From assembly GCA_002245135.1 (NCBI GenBank), contig NGBS01000656.1, positions 1-36,320 of the forward strand: DNA of 36,320 bases, read 5' to 3'. The position numbers and the translations under genes were made by a program. The notes beneath the pieces are model-generated. The model did no database searches, had not been told where the DNA came from, and saw only the letters and a list, made by a program, of their open reading frames with translations. The DNA comes from Proteromonas lacertae. Lineage: Eukaryota. This document shows positions 1-11,963 of this stretch, one piece after another. Each line of letters opens with the position of its first letter. The first letter of the stretch is position 1.

Positions 1-498
1 GTTGATATGCAACACCACTATTAAAAGTTATTTGAGGTATTGGACCAGCTGACATATTAAAAACGGCTATAATGACAATATTGATATTATTGACTATATT
101 ATCACTCAAAAATATAATTATCTCAAATTATGGTTAAAAGAAGTTCAAAAGCGAAATATCGTAAGTATATTCATAGGTAAAGGCAAGTTCTGGGATGGAG
201 TAAAGAATTTCTTTAAGAAAACAAAAATTTTATCAACAGCAGCTAGTTTAATCCCAGGTGTAGGTCCAGCCTTAGGTAATGTTGTATCCAATGTAGGATA
301 TGGTAGAAAACGTAGAAGAAGAGGTGGACAAGCAGAATGGAATTATGATGGTGGTATAAGTGGTGCTGGTTCAATTTGGAATAAAATTAAAAAATTAGGT
401 CTCAATAGAGTACCAAAGGAATTAAAAAATGTAATTACTGGTGGTCCAGGCAGTATGCCCTATTTAAAAAATGGTGAATGGCTAATCCATTTGCTGTA
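1..498 (+). CDS. Probable C-terminus of a virophage-type major capsid protein (partial, with frameshifts)
   Basis: Frame open from 53 to 498 reads ...GKGKFWDGVKNFFKKTKILSTAASLIPGVGPALGNVVSNVGYGRKRRRGG...GAGSIWNKIKKLG. This resembles the protease-cleaved C-terminal extension of virophage MCPs (GG-F-x-x-LK...K-x-IS...IP...G-Y/L-G). It is missing from the ORF track because it has no start codon in the window. Confidence 0.55.
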
Positions 499-695
499 AA
501 GAATTGGACAAAAGGTGGTCCAAGTACTATACCTAAATTTTTGTTTAGCAAAGAAAAAGACTGGTTCTGGTAAAAGACGTAAAAGTAGTAATAGTCTCGA
601 TAATCGATATATTGACAATAAGATTAGAGTTTTCTAGTCTAATTTTATTTTTTCTATTTTAATCGTATTTCTTTATTTTTATTCGAAATAACATA

Positions 696-989
696 ATGCC
701 AAAAAGGTGGTAGAAGACATAGATGCGTTTATGGAAGAAGGGGTGGTTCATTTTGGGGTAAGTTAAAAAATTGGGGTTCCAAAGCATTTAATTGGGCAAA
801 GGATCATAAAATAGCATCCAAAATAGCTAGGGAATTAGGAAAGATAATATCGCAGATGGATTATCAACAATGGGATTTGGTCGTAGAAGACGTAGGTCAG
901 GAAGAGGTAGATTACCATTCAATGGAGGTGGGAGTAATCAACAAGCATTATTGAATGCATATTTAAAATCAAAGGTGGCTCGAATGTAA
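696..989 (+). CDS. Small basic/amphipathic virion core protein (adenovirus pVI/pVII-like character), two frameshifts
   Basis: Joined reading MPK/KGGRRHRCVYGRRGGSFWGKLKNWGSKAFNWAKDHKIASKIARELG/DNIADGLSTMGFGRRRRRSGRG...KVARM*. Both shifts fall at A runs. It parallels the motif in the 53-498 frame. Confidence 0.6.
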
Positions 990-1082
990 GCTTGACTTTT
1001 AATAATGCTAATAATACTTATATTATTATTATTTTCATTGTTTTTTTTGTTAATTTTATTTTTCATAACATAGAAATAAAAA

Positions 1083-1697
1083 ATGAGTGATACTGAATCA
1101 ACTGAATATGTGAGTGATGATAGTTCTACTGACGCGTCTGATAGTGAAGTAGAGTCAATAAATGAAAATGATTCCAAGATGTCCAAACCAAAAATCACAG
1201 AAGCTGAACCAAGTGATGCTATGATCAATGAATTACTATCACAATTCTCTCCAAAGGATATATACAACATATTACAGAATGATGGATCATCATCTCATAA
1301 AAATTCAAAAAAAGGTAAAAAACACTCCCATAAATCCAGATCAAGATCAAGATCACATGAGAGATCCAAAAGAAGATCTAGTAAGAAACAAAAATCAAAT
1401 GCTTTAGACGAGCCTAAGTCCAAACGTGGTGGTGGTAGAAAAAATAGTAAAAAGGATAGGGACTCATCATTACCTCCTCCTAGTCGTATGACAAAAGTTG
1501 AATTACAAATAGCTTTGAAAGAAACTAGAGATCAATTAGGCAAATATATGAAGAAATTAGAAAAGAGTTCAAATCCAAAGAAAGAGAAAATGGAGAAAGT
1601 AAAAGAACCAGAACCAGAAGAAGATAAACCATTAGGTAATGATATTGCAGGTAGAGAAATACAAGGCAAGCCTATCGAGCCTGTTTATGTTCAATAA
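1083..1697 (+). CDS. Hypothetical viral protein, acidic N-terminus and Lys/Arg/Ser-rich middle
   Basis: 204-aa ORF with ATG after an AT-rich intergenic stretch and a coding-like composition. Confidence 0.7.
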   Translation: MSDTESTEYVSDDSSTDASDSEVESINENDSKMSKPKITEAEPSDAMINELLSQFSPKDIYNILQNDGSSSHKNSKKGKKHSHKSRSRSRSHERSKRRSSKKQKSNALDEPKSKRGGGRKNSKKDRDSSLPPPSRMTKVELQIALKETRDQLGKYMKKLEKSSNPKKEKMEKVKEPEPEEDKPLGNDIAGREIQGKPIEPVYVQ

Positions 1698-1767
1698 TAT
1701 TAATAATACTTATATTACACATTATTATTATAATTAAATTGTTTATTTTATTTTCTATTAAGTTATT

Positions 1768-2832
1768 ATGAAAAAACTAAATAAGAAAATACTGCTTGCT
1801 GTGTTTGCTCGGATGAGAGGCAAAGGCAAAAGGAAGAAGATACGGAGAGGTGAAGGATATAAAGGACATGACAAATATTATCAGAGTTTATATAATAATT
1901 TTTATAGAGAAAATGCGAAAGATTTAGTGGATATGAGAAACAGTCGTTTAAATGAAATAAAAGATGAGATTAGTAAGTTAAATTCTAAAGACACTCCTCC
2001 TAATGAAAGTGATATTCGTAAATTGAATGATGAGCAAAAATTTTTAGAGAGACAGAATGCAATCGATTCTATGTTATCCACATCATTACATGAAGGTAAT
2101 GCAATGGCTATACCACTTGCTAATAGTTTAAGAGAGATTGATGATCAGCATTTGTTTGGCCCTAACATGTATGTGAATATGAATAGACCTAATTACAATG
2201 AAATGGCTCAAGCAAGTGCAAAGACTAGGATGCAGATGGGTGAGTATATGAGTAATCCAATTAACCAAATCAAGATGTCACAAATGCAGCAAATGGTATA
2301 TATGCTATATGTTTTGATTTATATATAATAGTAGAAGTTGAATAAATTGATTACTCCTAAAGCAGAAACAGATATTAAAGTACAGCCGTCTACTGATGTT
2401 AAAGATGATAAAGGTGATGATAATAATGATGATGATAATGAAATTACTATTGACAATGTTAAAAATTTTACTAAAGAACAAATAGACCAAATATTTGATG
2501 AATATGACTTTACAGAAGCTCAGAAAACTAAAATAAAAGAATTATGGGAAGAAGCTCAAAATATTAAACAATATGAAGAATGGGTTGCAAATGGAAAAAC
2601 AGATGATGATGATGATGAAAATGAAGATATTGAATTCAATAAACCAAAAGAAGAAGAAGATGATGATGATGATGATGAATTCTATACTCCTAATGCAAGT
2701 GATGAAGAAGTAGATGAAGAAGATTTAAAACAGTTTATAGAAGAGTGGGAACCAGAAGATGATAATGAGGATAATGTTAAAATAATTGATAGACAGTTAA
2801 ACAGAATTTTTGATGAACTGGGTATTCATTAA
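1768..2832 (+). CDS. Hypothetical viral protein (basic N-terminus, acidic C-terminus) with one predicted intron at 2296-2334
   Basis: ORFs 1768-2328 and 2338-2832 share a frame and are joined by a 39-nt AT-rich GT...AG segment that contains the stop codons. Confidence 0.65.
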
Positions 2833-2985
2833 TAATATCATCTATAATATCAATAACGGCTATATTTCTAATAGTATTGTTTCTCTATTTTTTTATATTG
2901 TTTTATATATTTTATGGGTGTTAAACGAAAGCATAAGCAACAATCATCACCAAAATAAGAAGCAATTGATTTTGAGAATCCCTCT

Positions 2986-4286
2986 GTGTATCATAATGCA
3001 CTTAAGAGAAAATTGAAAAAGATCATCTACAACAAGGTGAAAGATAACAAAAAAATAAAACTAGATCTCAGTCACATGGCTAACCCAACAGCTAATGTTG
3101 ACAAAGGCAATGGTACATATGGATTAGACATCTATGATCCTAAATCTAGTTTCAATAAATTTTATGATACTATAGGAGATGAGGATGATATAGAGGAATT
3201 ATCAAAGCCTGTTAATCCAAATATAAATGCAACAAAAAACAATTTTATGACTGATGAGATGAAATACAAATTATATATGTCAGGCATCACAGATCAGTTT
3301 GGACGATATTATAGGAACATAGGTAAGTATAACAAGCCATACTCAGATTATTATGCTCAACCAGAGAATTTAACATACCAATGGCAAAATCCATTTTTAT
3401 CTCAAATTGAAGGACAACCATTACAACAATGGGGATCACAGTACAATGTAAATTCATATCAATCCAATCCAAGATGGAATAATAATGCTGGTACAACACA
3501 AAAAGATCACGAGTATGAATTACAACAAGAAAATGAAATAGTGAAAGCAAGGAATGAAGAATATCAGAGAAAGATAGCTACAATGGAAGAAAGAGAAAAA
3601 CAATCATTAATTTCAAAAATTGATAAATATTTTTCAGGTAATACAACATACGATTGGTTGAAATTTGGTGTGAAGTTCTGCTTATGTACTATGACATTAG
3701 GTTCTATTTCACAAGTGTTTGATATACTATTTCCTGATAGTACTGCTGGTGCAATATTAAAGTATTTAGTAAATGCAGGAATAGGATATAGTGGTGTTAT
3801 GCAATGGATATTTGGTTTATCCCCAGCATGGGTTAATGCAGCATCTTTTGTATCAATGTTAACTCCTAATTTTGTCAGTTTGGTATATAATCGTTGGAAA
3901 CAAGTTCCTCCAATGGATATGTCACAATGGATTCATTCTAAGTTAGATAGTATAATGGGTTTCTTTACTACATCACTAAGCAATATATACAATTGGTTCA
4001 GAGGTATATTTGGTGCTACTCCTTCAACAACAACAAATTCGACGAGTGCGCCGGTCACTTCAAATATTCAAGCATCGAATGTTACAACTGGGGCCAGTTC
4101 TAATAATACAACTTCAATACCTACAACTGCCCCCAGTTATAATGTTACAACTTCAATACCTGCAACTGGTGCAGGTTATAATAATCAAAGTTCAAATGCT
4201 GCAAGTTACGCCGGAATGATGGCAGGTGCTGCTGCCGCCACGGCGGCAGCAGCCCAGCCAACATTGCAAAATAACACACAACCAAT

Positions 4287-4341
<55 letters not shown>

Positions 4342-6651
4342 AGATATAATGTTGATGCTATTATGGAAAAATTACAATCATTTTTGATTAATCAATATGA
4401 TTATGAATCAGTTAAGCAAATGGTTATGAATAATACAAAACAAGATTTAGAAAATTTAGGTAAAAATGTAGGATTGCCATTAGATATTATATCAAAGTAT
4501 TCCAGCTATGGTGGAACAATAGATCAATTGGCAGATTACTTACATTATTTCAAATATCAATGTGGTCGTAGTGTTCCAGAAGCACGATCAGATGTGTGTA
4601 ATTTAATTAATGGTATGGGTAGTGAATATCATTTATGGCCAAAAGTAAATTATGGTTTATTTGGTATGTCTTTAGATGGATATCCAAAGACAGGTTCAGG
4701 TAGAAGAAAACATGTTCATTTTAAACATAAGAAACATCACAGAAGAAATAAACTAAAATTAGAGAGTATCCCACGGAGGCATCTCTTGGCTACTAAGAAA
4801 TTAGGTGGTAATAGTGGTATTATACCTTTAAGAGTGGGTCAAAGTGTTGGTCCTAATGAGCATGTCATTATTACTAATCCAAGACAACAAATGTATGATG
4901 TTGCTAGTGCTGCTTATAATGGAACATCACAATTACAGCCAAGTCAAATACCAGAATATATTCAACCATATATACCAAAAGAAACTGTAGGATATGATTA
5001 TAATTGGAATTATGATAAATTATTTAGTCCAGGTTTGAATAGACAAGCTCGAAAAGAAGTTCAATATGCTTTAACTAATAATTATGCTTCTTTGCTTCCT
5101 AACAATTATCATATTAATTTTTATGATATGCTAGATCGTGAACATAAAACAGGAAATTTAAGAGGAACATTCCCATTAGCAACATTAGATACATCTAATC
5201 CAAGAAGCTATCTTTTGAATTGGCCTGAATATGTTACAGAAGCAGATGTTCAGGTATATGATAATGGAATGAATAGAGTTACAGATCCTTTGTTACAAAA
5301 ATTTCCTAAATTACAAAATTATAAATCATTGCAAGAGATTATAGAAAAGAATCCTCAATTAGCAGCGTATAAAAATTATAGACAAGATTGGTTGACCTCA
5401 ACTTGGGATAAATTAACAGGTAATGATAAAGATGCAATAGAATATTATAACAAACTATTACTACAGCAGGAGTATTTGCAAAATGAATTAGTTGATGGAG
5501 TAAGTAAGATCAATCAATATTCAGATCCATATAATTTTGATCCGAATCGAGCTGAAAAAGTAAAAGAATATATTGCATTGAATAATCAAAAGGCACAAAG
5601 ATATATGGATGATCCAGAGATATTAGAAAGATCAAAATTTTATAGATGGGCATTAGATCCAAAAAATCAAGAACTGATGAATAGTGTTATAGATATGGGT
5701 GAAGGACAGTGTACATTAATTAATGAAGATAAATATAGAGAACTGAATGAAATAGCATCACAAAATAGTAGAGATTTCATTAACTTTGATTATAACAGAG
5801 AGAAGTTAGGTCACTCACTTCCTCAAGAGTGGGTGAATGCAGATAATAAACAAAAATATGAAATAGCTATTGGTTTAGTGAAAACTGCTTGTAGTTCATG
5901 GGCACAATTTGAAAATTCACAGTTTCAAAAAGCACTTGATTCATTACGTGAATCTGATTTTATGGGTTTTGCTGGTAATTTGTTCCTGTGTGTAGAGAAT
6001 GTATTTAGGATATTTCCACAAATATACTATACAATGAAATCATATTTGGTAGGTGGAGTTACTCCTCAAATGTTTGAAGTAGATCATGCAATGAAGTATG
6101 TGTGTGCAATAGTAATGACATGTTTAGCTTATTGGTTATGGAAAAAATCTAAACTACCAACATCAGGGTTCTTGTATGTAATGTGGTACTTCATTTTCGA
6201 CTACTATGAAATAATTCGTATGCTGTCAGGTGGTAGATTACCTGCTATCACTGACTTGTATTATGGTAATTCAGAAAAAGTTAAATCAATGTTACCTGAA
6301 GCAATTCAAAAATCATGGTTACCTGTAGACTTGTTGTATAACTTTGGTGTTTCATTTATGTTCAATACTCATCCATATGTTCGATACTTATTTCAATTAG
6401 TTCCATTCTTCTACAAATTTTCTAATATTGGAAATATAGATGCAAAAAATGTAGGTGATACATTAAAAACAGCAGCAACTGTAGCTGCAGCTGCAAATGG
6501 AGGTGATGCAACAACTGCTGCAGCAGCAGTTAAAGGTATTAGTGAATTATCAAAAGCTATGCCATCAATGGCAAAAACTCTCTTTGAATCTCACCAAATC
6601 ACCTACTTCGAAATTTTGACCAGTATGATCCAATTTTTCATAATTCTTTAA
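2986..6651 (+). CDS. Large (1221 aa) viral protein with two hydrophobic/TM regions, a Thr/Ser/Ala linker, polyQ and an internal GSG-RRK basic tract
   Basis: Uninterrupted ORF. The true start may be the ATG near 2914 through a frameshift. The last ~28 codons overlap the integrase on the opposite strand. Confidence 0.8.
4288..4341 (+). repeat. (CAA)18 microsatellite encoding polyglutamine
   Basis: Perfect CAA run read directly from the sequence. Confidence 0.95.
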
Positions 6652-7618
6652 GTTGTAGTTAATTGATTTTTGTAATATTTGTTTTTGTAATTCTGGACTA
6701 TGGAATACTTCATTTGGGGTATATCCTTTAATTCCTGGTAATGGCTTGTTGTTATAGTCATCTATCACTTCCTGTATTATACTATCGAGTTTTAATTTAT
6801 AATTCATATCTGGTATAATATGCTTATCATTGTGATCAATATCTGCCATATATGTAGGTGCATCATATCCCAGATCCACCAAGTGTTTGTACAATAGTCT
6901 TTTTATCACACTCACTGATCTATCCAATAATGACTCTATTTTATGCTCTGAACCATCTTTTTGAAAATATTAAATTCCTTCAGCATCACATAACTTCTTG
7001 ATATTTGAAAAACTAGCATCAGCATCTGATAGGATACTTACCACATTTTTATGTGTTTTGTTTCCATAGGCATCTGTTTCATAATACCACTTCTGAAATG
7101 CATCCAATGTAATATCACCATATTTATTAGGCATAAATATTGCCCATACTTTTCTTGAATTCATTTCGATAAAATACAAATGTTCCATATTAGGTAAGAA
7201 AAACACAATATCCATTTGGAAGTACCCTGGCTTCTTGATAGTTGCGAATGGATTATTTTTTTTATATTTGAAATCGACAATTTGTTTTCCAGGTTGTCTC
7301 CTTAAGTATTCACGTACTACACATACTAGACAAATGTTGTGTCATTTTGATAAATTCATTTTCATTAAGGTAATAATATTTTTTATATAGTTCATCTAAG
7401 CGTGATCGATATTGGGCAATTTGGTTTGACATTTGGTCTTCATACGAAGCCTCTCTTGTTGGATGTGTAATATTCGGTGCTCCATGGTTAATATATGTTG
7501 CAAGTGATAAGTTACCATTTGTAGGTAACGGTTTGACAGGATATGGGTTCTGGTTGCTATATGAGCTGTATAAATGTGGATCGTAACTATTAGTGCTAAA
7601 CATATGGTCCAAAAACAA
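6565..7618 (-). pseudogene. Retroviral-type (rve, DDE) integrase of Polinton/virophage type, two frameshifts, probably 3'-truncated
   Basis: Three frames join as ...VVREYLRRQPGKQ...PGYFQMDIVFF...YFIEMNSRKVWA...ILSDADASF.../...LDRSVSVIKRLL...VIDDYNNKP...IKGYTPNEV...FEVGDLVR. The QMD, SD, YNN.....G.TP and F.VGD.VR motifs are typical of Polinton integrases. Confidence 0.85.
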
Positions 7619-7787
7619 AAAACAAAAGTAATAATGAAATTCATTTCATTATGATTATTATCTAAATTAATAGAGTTATATGTCTTTATAGCAACATTTA
7701 AAAAATATATATATATATATCCGTTTCATATATACATATAACATTTGTTCATCGTTCAACGTTATTTCCCTTTCAATTCACTTATTA

Positions 7788-8587
7788 TGAGCAACTGGAA
7801 GATACTATACAAAAACAGCTTCATTAATGATCCAAATCCGAGCATATATAAAATTTTATGTGAGAATTTTAAGACGATTGTAGAACATGAGAAAGATTTG
7901 CAACGTTATAGGTATATTATATTATTATATGTCTATAGCTGGAATGGTAACTTCAGTATAAGGCGTTTCACTACATGGTACAAAAGATTCACAGAAATTG
8001 AAAAGATTGATGCTCGACATGAAAGATTAAAAATGTCCAGAGTGTTGATGTCTGTCCTGCTATGTAATATCATGTATAAAGAGGATCTGGACAAAAGCAT
8101 CGTATATATTCATTTAATATATATTTCAATTTTGAATCAATAGTATGATCGTATGCTTGACCATGCAATGGAGGACATGGTGGAACTGACTTGTATGTAT
8201 ATCATACATTTCGGTGACAACGATTTAGCAAAATGCGAAAAAGAAGAAAACAAGAATTCGAAAGGAGATATAGTTTACAGAAATACTGCTGAAAGTATGG
8301 TAAGTAGTAAAGTCTCTGTAGCATCGTTGTTTGATAATCTGGATGATGATGATTATAATGATGATGATGACAACAACAAGTTGTTAAAGGTGGTATCGAC
8401 AAAAAGAAAGTGCAGTACATCTAAAACTCCAAGATTCAAAAGAAAGAAAATAAATCAAAAAAACATTTCAACCAAAAACCAAAAACAAGAAGATAGTACT
8501 ACAGAGGAAGATGATGATGATGATAACTTCTCACAATTTATAGTAGATGATGATGATGAGGAGCCAGAGTACCAAAATGATTATTAA
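7788..8587 (+). CDS. Hypothetical protein with acidic/basic C-terminal tail; predicted introns at 8102-8143 and possibly 7912-7938
   Basis: ORFs 7745-8143 and 8153-8587 are in frame and joined by a 42-nt GT...AG segment. A second in-frame 27-nt AT-rich GT...AG segment lies upstream. Confidence 0.6.
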
Positions 8588-8762
8588 TCTCTGGTCCTAA
8601 TTGGTTCAAATGATTGATTGTGTTTGTGTGGGAGTGTTGTTTTCATAATTTACATAATTAATTAGCATTATAACAAGTCTTATAAGAAATTTCAATAATA
8701 GAAAAATTGATGCGTTTCGAGATTTGACTTGAACTCCATTTTTTTGTTTTGTTTTTTATTAC

Positions 8763-8820
8763 ATAGGATGGTCACCATATGTTGCCATATCACACAGTAT
8801 GGTGGCCATCCTATCTATCT
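8763..8820. repeat. Terminal hairpin plus (CTAT)n, the putative right end of the virus-like element
   Basis: ATAGGATGGTCACCATA-18 nt-TATGGTGGCCATCCTAT (17-bp stem, one mismatch) followed by CTATCT. Confidence 0.65.
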
Positions 8821-9099
8821 ATGTTTTTTGAATTATTTTAAGAAAATTAGATTTCGATTATGATCAGAAAGTCAAACTAAGGGCATATATGAGCCCAGCA
8901 TAAATAGAGAAATCGATTGATGTATTTATTATTGTATAATTATGTTTCTATTGATTTTTTGCAAAGTAGATTTGAAGCATAACGACTAAATTTTCGAAAA
9001 CAAAAAGTAACGGATAAAAAAACCATATAGGATTTCGAATACAGAAACCCAAAAAAATAGGGGTTTCAAATTGTACTCATTTTATCTGAAAAAGAAACA

Positions 9100-9560
9100 T
9101 AAGAATTATAAAAGATTATATATTATTAGAAGTAGAGTCAATTATTAGAAATACTAGCTCAAATTCATCAAAAATTTTAAAAATTATAAAACACAAATAT
9201 TCTATCAGCAACAAAGTCGAAACAGATAATGTATACAATATTAGAAAGATTAACAACGAAAATAAATACACAGCTTAACGATACTATGATACTATTTGAT
9301 GTTGAAGCTGATTATCATAGATGTGATTATTATTGTGGTATGTGTAGATGTTTGTTTAAACTTGGTGAAAAAGAAGAATCATTAATACAATTTAAGAAAG
9401 CATTAGAATAAGCCAAGAATGATTATGATGTATTTTTATGTAATTTTAAATTAAATAATGTTTTTTCTACAGTGTATGATATATAATATATTATTATAAT
9501 ATTAATAGAATGAGATTGAAGAAGCAAAGAAATAGCAATTAAAGAAATTTATGGGGTTAA
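9100..9560 (+). pseudogene. Degenerate TPR-like host gene fragment
   Basis: YYCGMCRCLFKLGEKEESLIQFKKALE fits a TPR helix pair. In-frame stops and intron-like segments follow. Confidence 0.35.
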
Positions 9561-9946
9561 TATTAAATAGCACACTGTTTATCCAAATTTAAAAATAATT
9601 GATTTTTATAATAATGTAGGCTTGATTCTAAGCTTGTAACTTTCTCAATCTTTATCTTTTGAAATACAATTGGCTATCATGCAAAATACACCACATGAAA
9701 ACACTTCAAACACAGAAAAAATACCAGAATCTCCTGCTGTCTCAAAACAAGAAAGGAGTGATTTAGAAACACCTACTGCATTAAACCCCCTTAGAATGGC
9801 AGGTTTATGTGCTATTGTAAAAAGTGTCTCAAAAGGAATTGGAGCTGGTGTTTGTATTATTCTTTCTATAATTATTTAGTAAAAGAGTTTATTAAAACCA
9901 TTTTGTTAAACCATTCTTTTAAAACCAATAATATTTCTTTAAAGCA

Positions 9947-10804
9947 ATGATATTAGTAAAATACATATTTTTTCTTTTTATAATTTCATTTACATATAAT
10001 AGAATTTATAATAAAAACATTTGTCCTATTGCTTATGAAGTACTAGCTACAGGTTCATCTTCTAATCATTTTAATCTACTTTTACTAATGTTATATAGAA
10101 TTTATGAAATTGAAAGCAATAAATGTTTGGTGATTTGGAATTTAGGACTTACATTTCAACAAAAAAATTGGTTATTAAATGCAGAAAAATATTTAAAAAA
10201 AATGAAAGGCGATATTCGTGTATATAATTTTGATTTTAATTACAGCAATTATCCTCCTCATTTTAATATAAATATAAAAGCTGGGTATTATGCATGGAAG
10301 CCTTATGCAGTGTATAATACTTATAAAATGTTTAAAAGAAATATTCTATGGTTGGATGCTGGATGCTTCATTAAAAGTAAATTAAATTATGAATATAATG
10401 AAATAAAGAATAAAAAAGTATGGTCAATTAGTCAAGCTTCAACTATAAAAAGATGGACTTACATTAATCTATTTCATATGCTAGATTCTGATGAAACTAT
10501 ATACAATAAGACTATGTGTGCTGGAGGTGTTATTGGGTTATATTATCCTTCATTATTAGTTAAACATATAATGGATTTATGGACTGCTTGCGCCTTACTA
10601 AAGAAATGCATATCACCTGATGGATCAAGTATTAAGAACCACAGATATGATCAAAGTATTATATCTATATTATTTTATCAGCATAATTTGAGTTGCGAAA
10701 AAATAGATCCTATAAATTTTGTTACTCATTTTGATTCGAAATACAAATCATATCATAATCATAAATATGAAAAATATTTAAAGAAAATTAAAGTTGATAA
10801 ATGA
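9947..10804 (+). CDS. DUF1647-like putative glycosyltransferase, type II membrane protein
   Basis: N-terminal signal anchor and motifs SSNHF, NLGL, YAWKP, LWLDAG, W..CAL...CI.P and NHRYDQS. Confidence 0.75.
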   Translation: MILVKYIFFLFIISFTYNRIYNKNICPIAYEVLATGSSSNHFNLLLLMLYRIYEIESNKCLVIWNLGLTFQQKNWLLNAEKYLKKMKGDIRVYNFDFNYSNYPPHFNINIKAGYYAWKPYAVYNTYKMFKRNILWLDAGCFIKSKLNYEYNEIKNKKVWSISQASTIKRWTYINLFHMLDSDETIYNKTMCAGGVIGLYYPSLLVKHIMDLWTACALLKKCISPDGSSIKNHRYDQSIISILFYQHNLSCEKIDPINFVTHFDSKYKSYHNHKYEKYLKKIKVDK

Positions 10805-10954
10805 ATTAATATTTCAAATATACAATAATAATTATCATTAAATGATGAAATTTCCAATACTATAATTCTGTTATATTCCTTACAATTTTCCACTCTAGTT
10901 TTTATGACTATTGGGGGATTGATATACATTAATTCCAATATATATTGTATATAT

Positions 10955-11147
10955 ATGGACTTAAGCCACATGTCACAAAGTCCTAACGAGTTTTCTAGGG
11001 GTTCATCCCTTTCTAGATTCACAATTGACTTTTACAGAGCTTTCATCGATTGCATCTATAAATCTCGTAAAGTCAACTGTGACTCTAGAAAGGGACGGAC
11101 TCCTAGAAAACTCGTTAGGACTCTGTGACATGTGGCCAAAGTCCCAT
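10955..11147. repeat. ~190-bp imperfect palindrome (left hairpin of element A)
   Basis: GTCCTAACGAGTTTTCTAGG...TTTCTAGA...TTGACTTT is mirrored by AAAGTCAA...TCTAGAAA...CCTAGAAAACTCGTTAGGAC, centred on CATCGATTGCATC. Confidence 0.95.
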
Positions 11148-11963
11148 CTTACTCAGTCCCAAGAGATTCTATTATCATCATCCTCCTTCCATATCATCGA
11201 TAGCAATCCAGACTCTATGAACATCTCCGGTATTGATCAATTTCCTTACCTTTGTAACTTCTTGTTTTACTTACTCACGTACTTACCATGGTAAGAGATC
11301 AACAGTCCATTTCATTAACAATATCAATATCAATACAATGGAGTCATCGATAAGGAGGACGTGGATAGATACGTGAAGGTTACCTGGAGATGTCTTCTTA
11401 GATTTACTAAGCTTTACAACTCACATAACGATCTTGAGAATTGCCTCAGACATGGGGAACTTAGCTACAGTCCTTGACTGACCTTATCATGAAAGATCGC
11501 GATGACTTACTAGCTTCTTGATATAGAAGTCCCAATGGTTGTTTGCTTGGAGCCGACATCGTTGACATTTATAGGAACTACTCCATCATCCGTACTAAGC
11601 TCTCTAAACTCCGTGAATACCGACTCCTGCAGCTCTATAATGATTTAGCCATTCCATTTTCTGAATCCTTTAACTACCTGGAGATGATCATTGATGATGC
11701 TGATGGCTTCCAGAGATCCCTGGACAATGCAGAATCCCTTATCGACTCCTTTTCTTATTATTGATAATAACATTTTCATAGTTATTTTGTCTTGTTTTGG
11801 GTTACAACTTCAAGGTCATCTTCTTGAAGTTAACTTCTTGGAGTTGACTTCTCGGTAGCTTCCATCTTATTCAGCTCTTTAAGTTAAAGGCCTTTGAACT
11901 CCTTGGTTTATTGCTATTAATCATCCTCATATCACATCATTGTAAAGACCGAAGTTGTAAGGC

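Larger units (their letters stand above)
1..8820. mobile_element. Endogenous virophage / Polinton-like virus, right portion (left end outside the window)
   Basis: Capsid-C-terminus-like ORF at the left edge, several basic proteins with G-x-G/GG motifs, a Polinton/mavirus-type rve integrase, and a terminal hairpin followed by CTATCTATCT (5'-AG start on the minus strand). Host-like genes follow after ~8820. Confidence 0.75.

Noticed and set aside
938..1270. 110-aa minus-strand ORF
   Set aside because: Antisense to the 1083-1697 gene and running through low-complexity intergenic DNA.
10904..11294. Short ORFs crossing the element A hairpin
   Set aside because: They are by-products of the palindrome: the same peptide (LERD...ENSLGLCDMW) appears on both strands.
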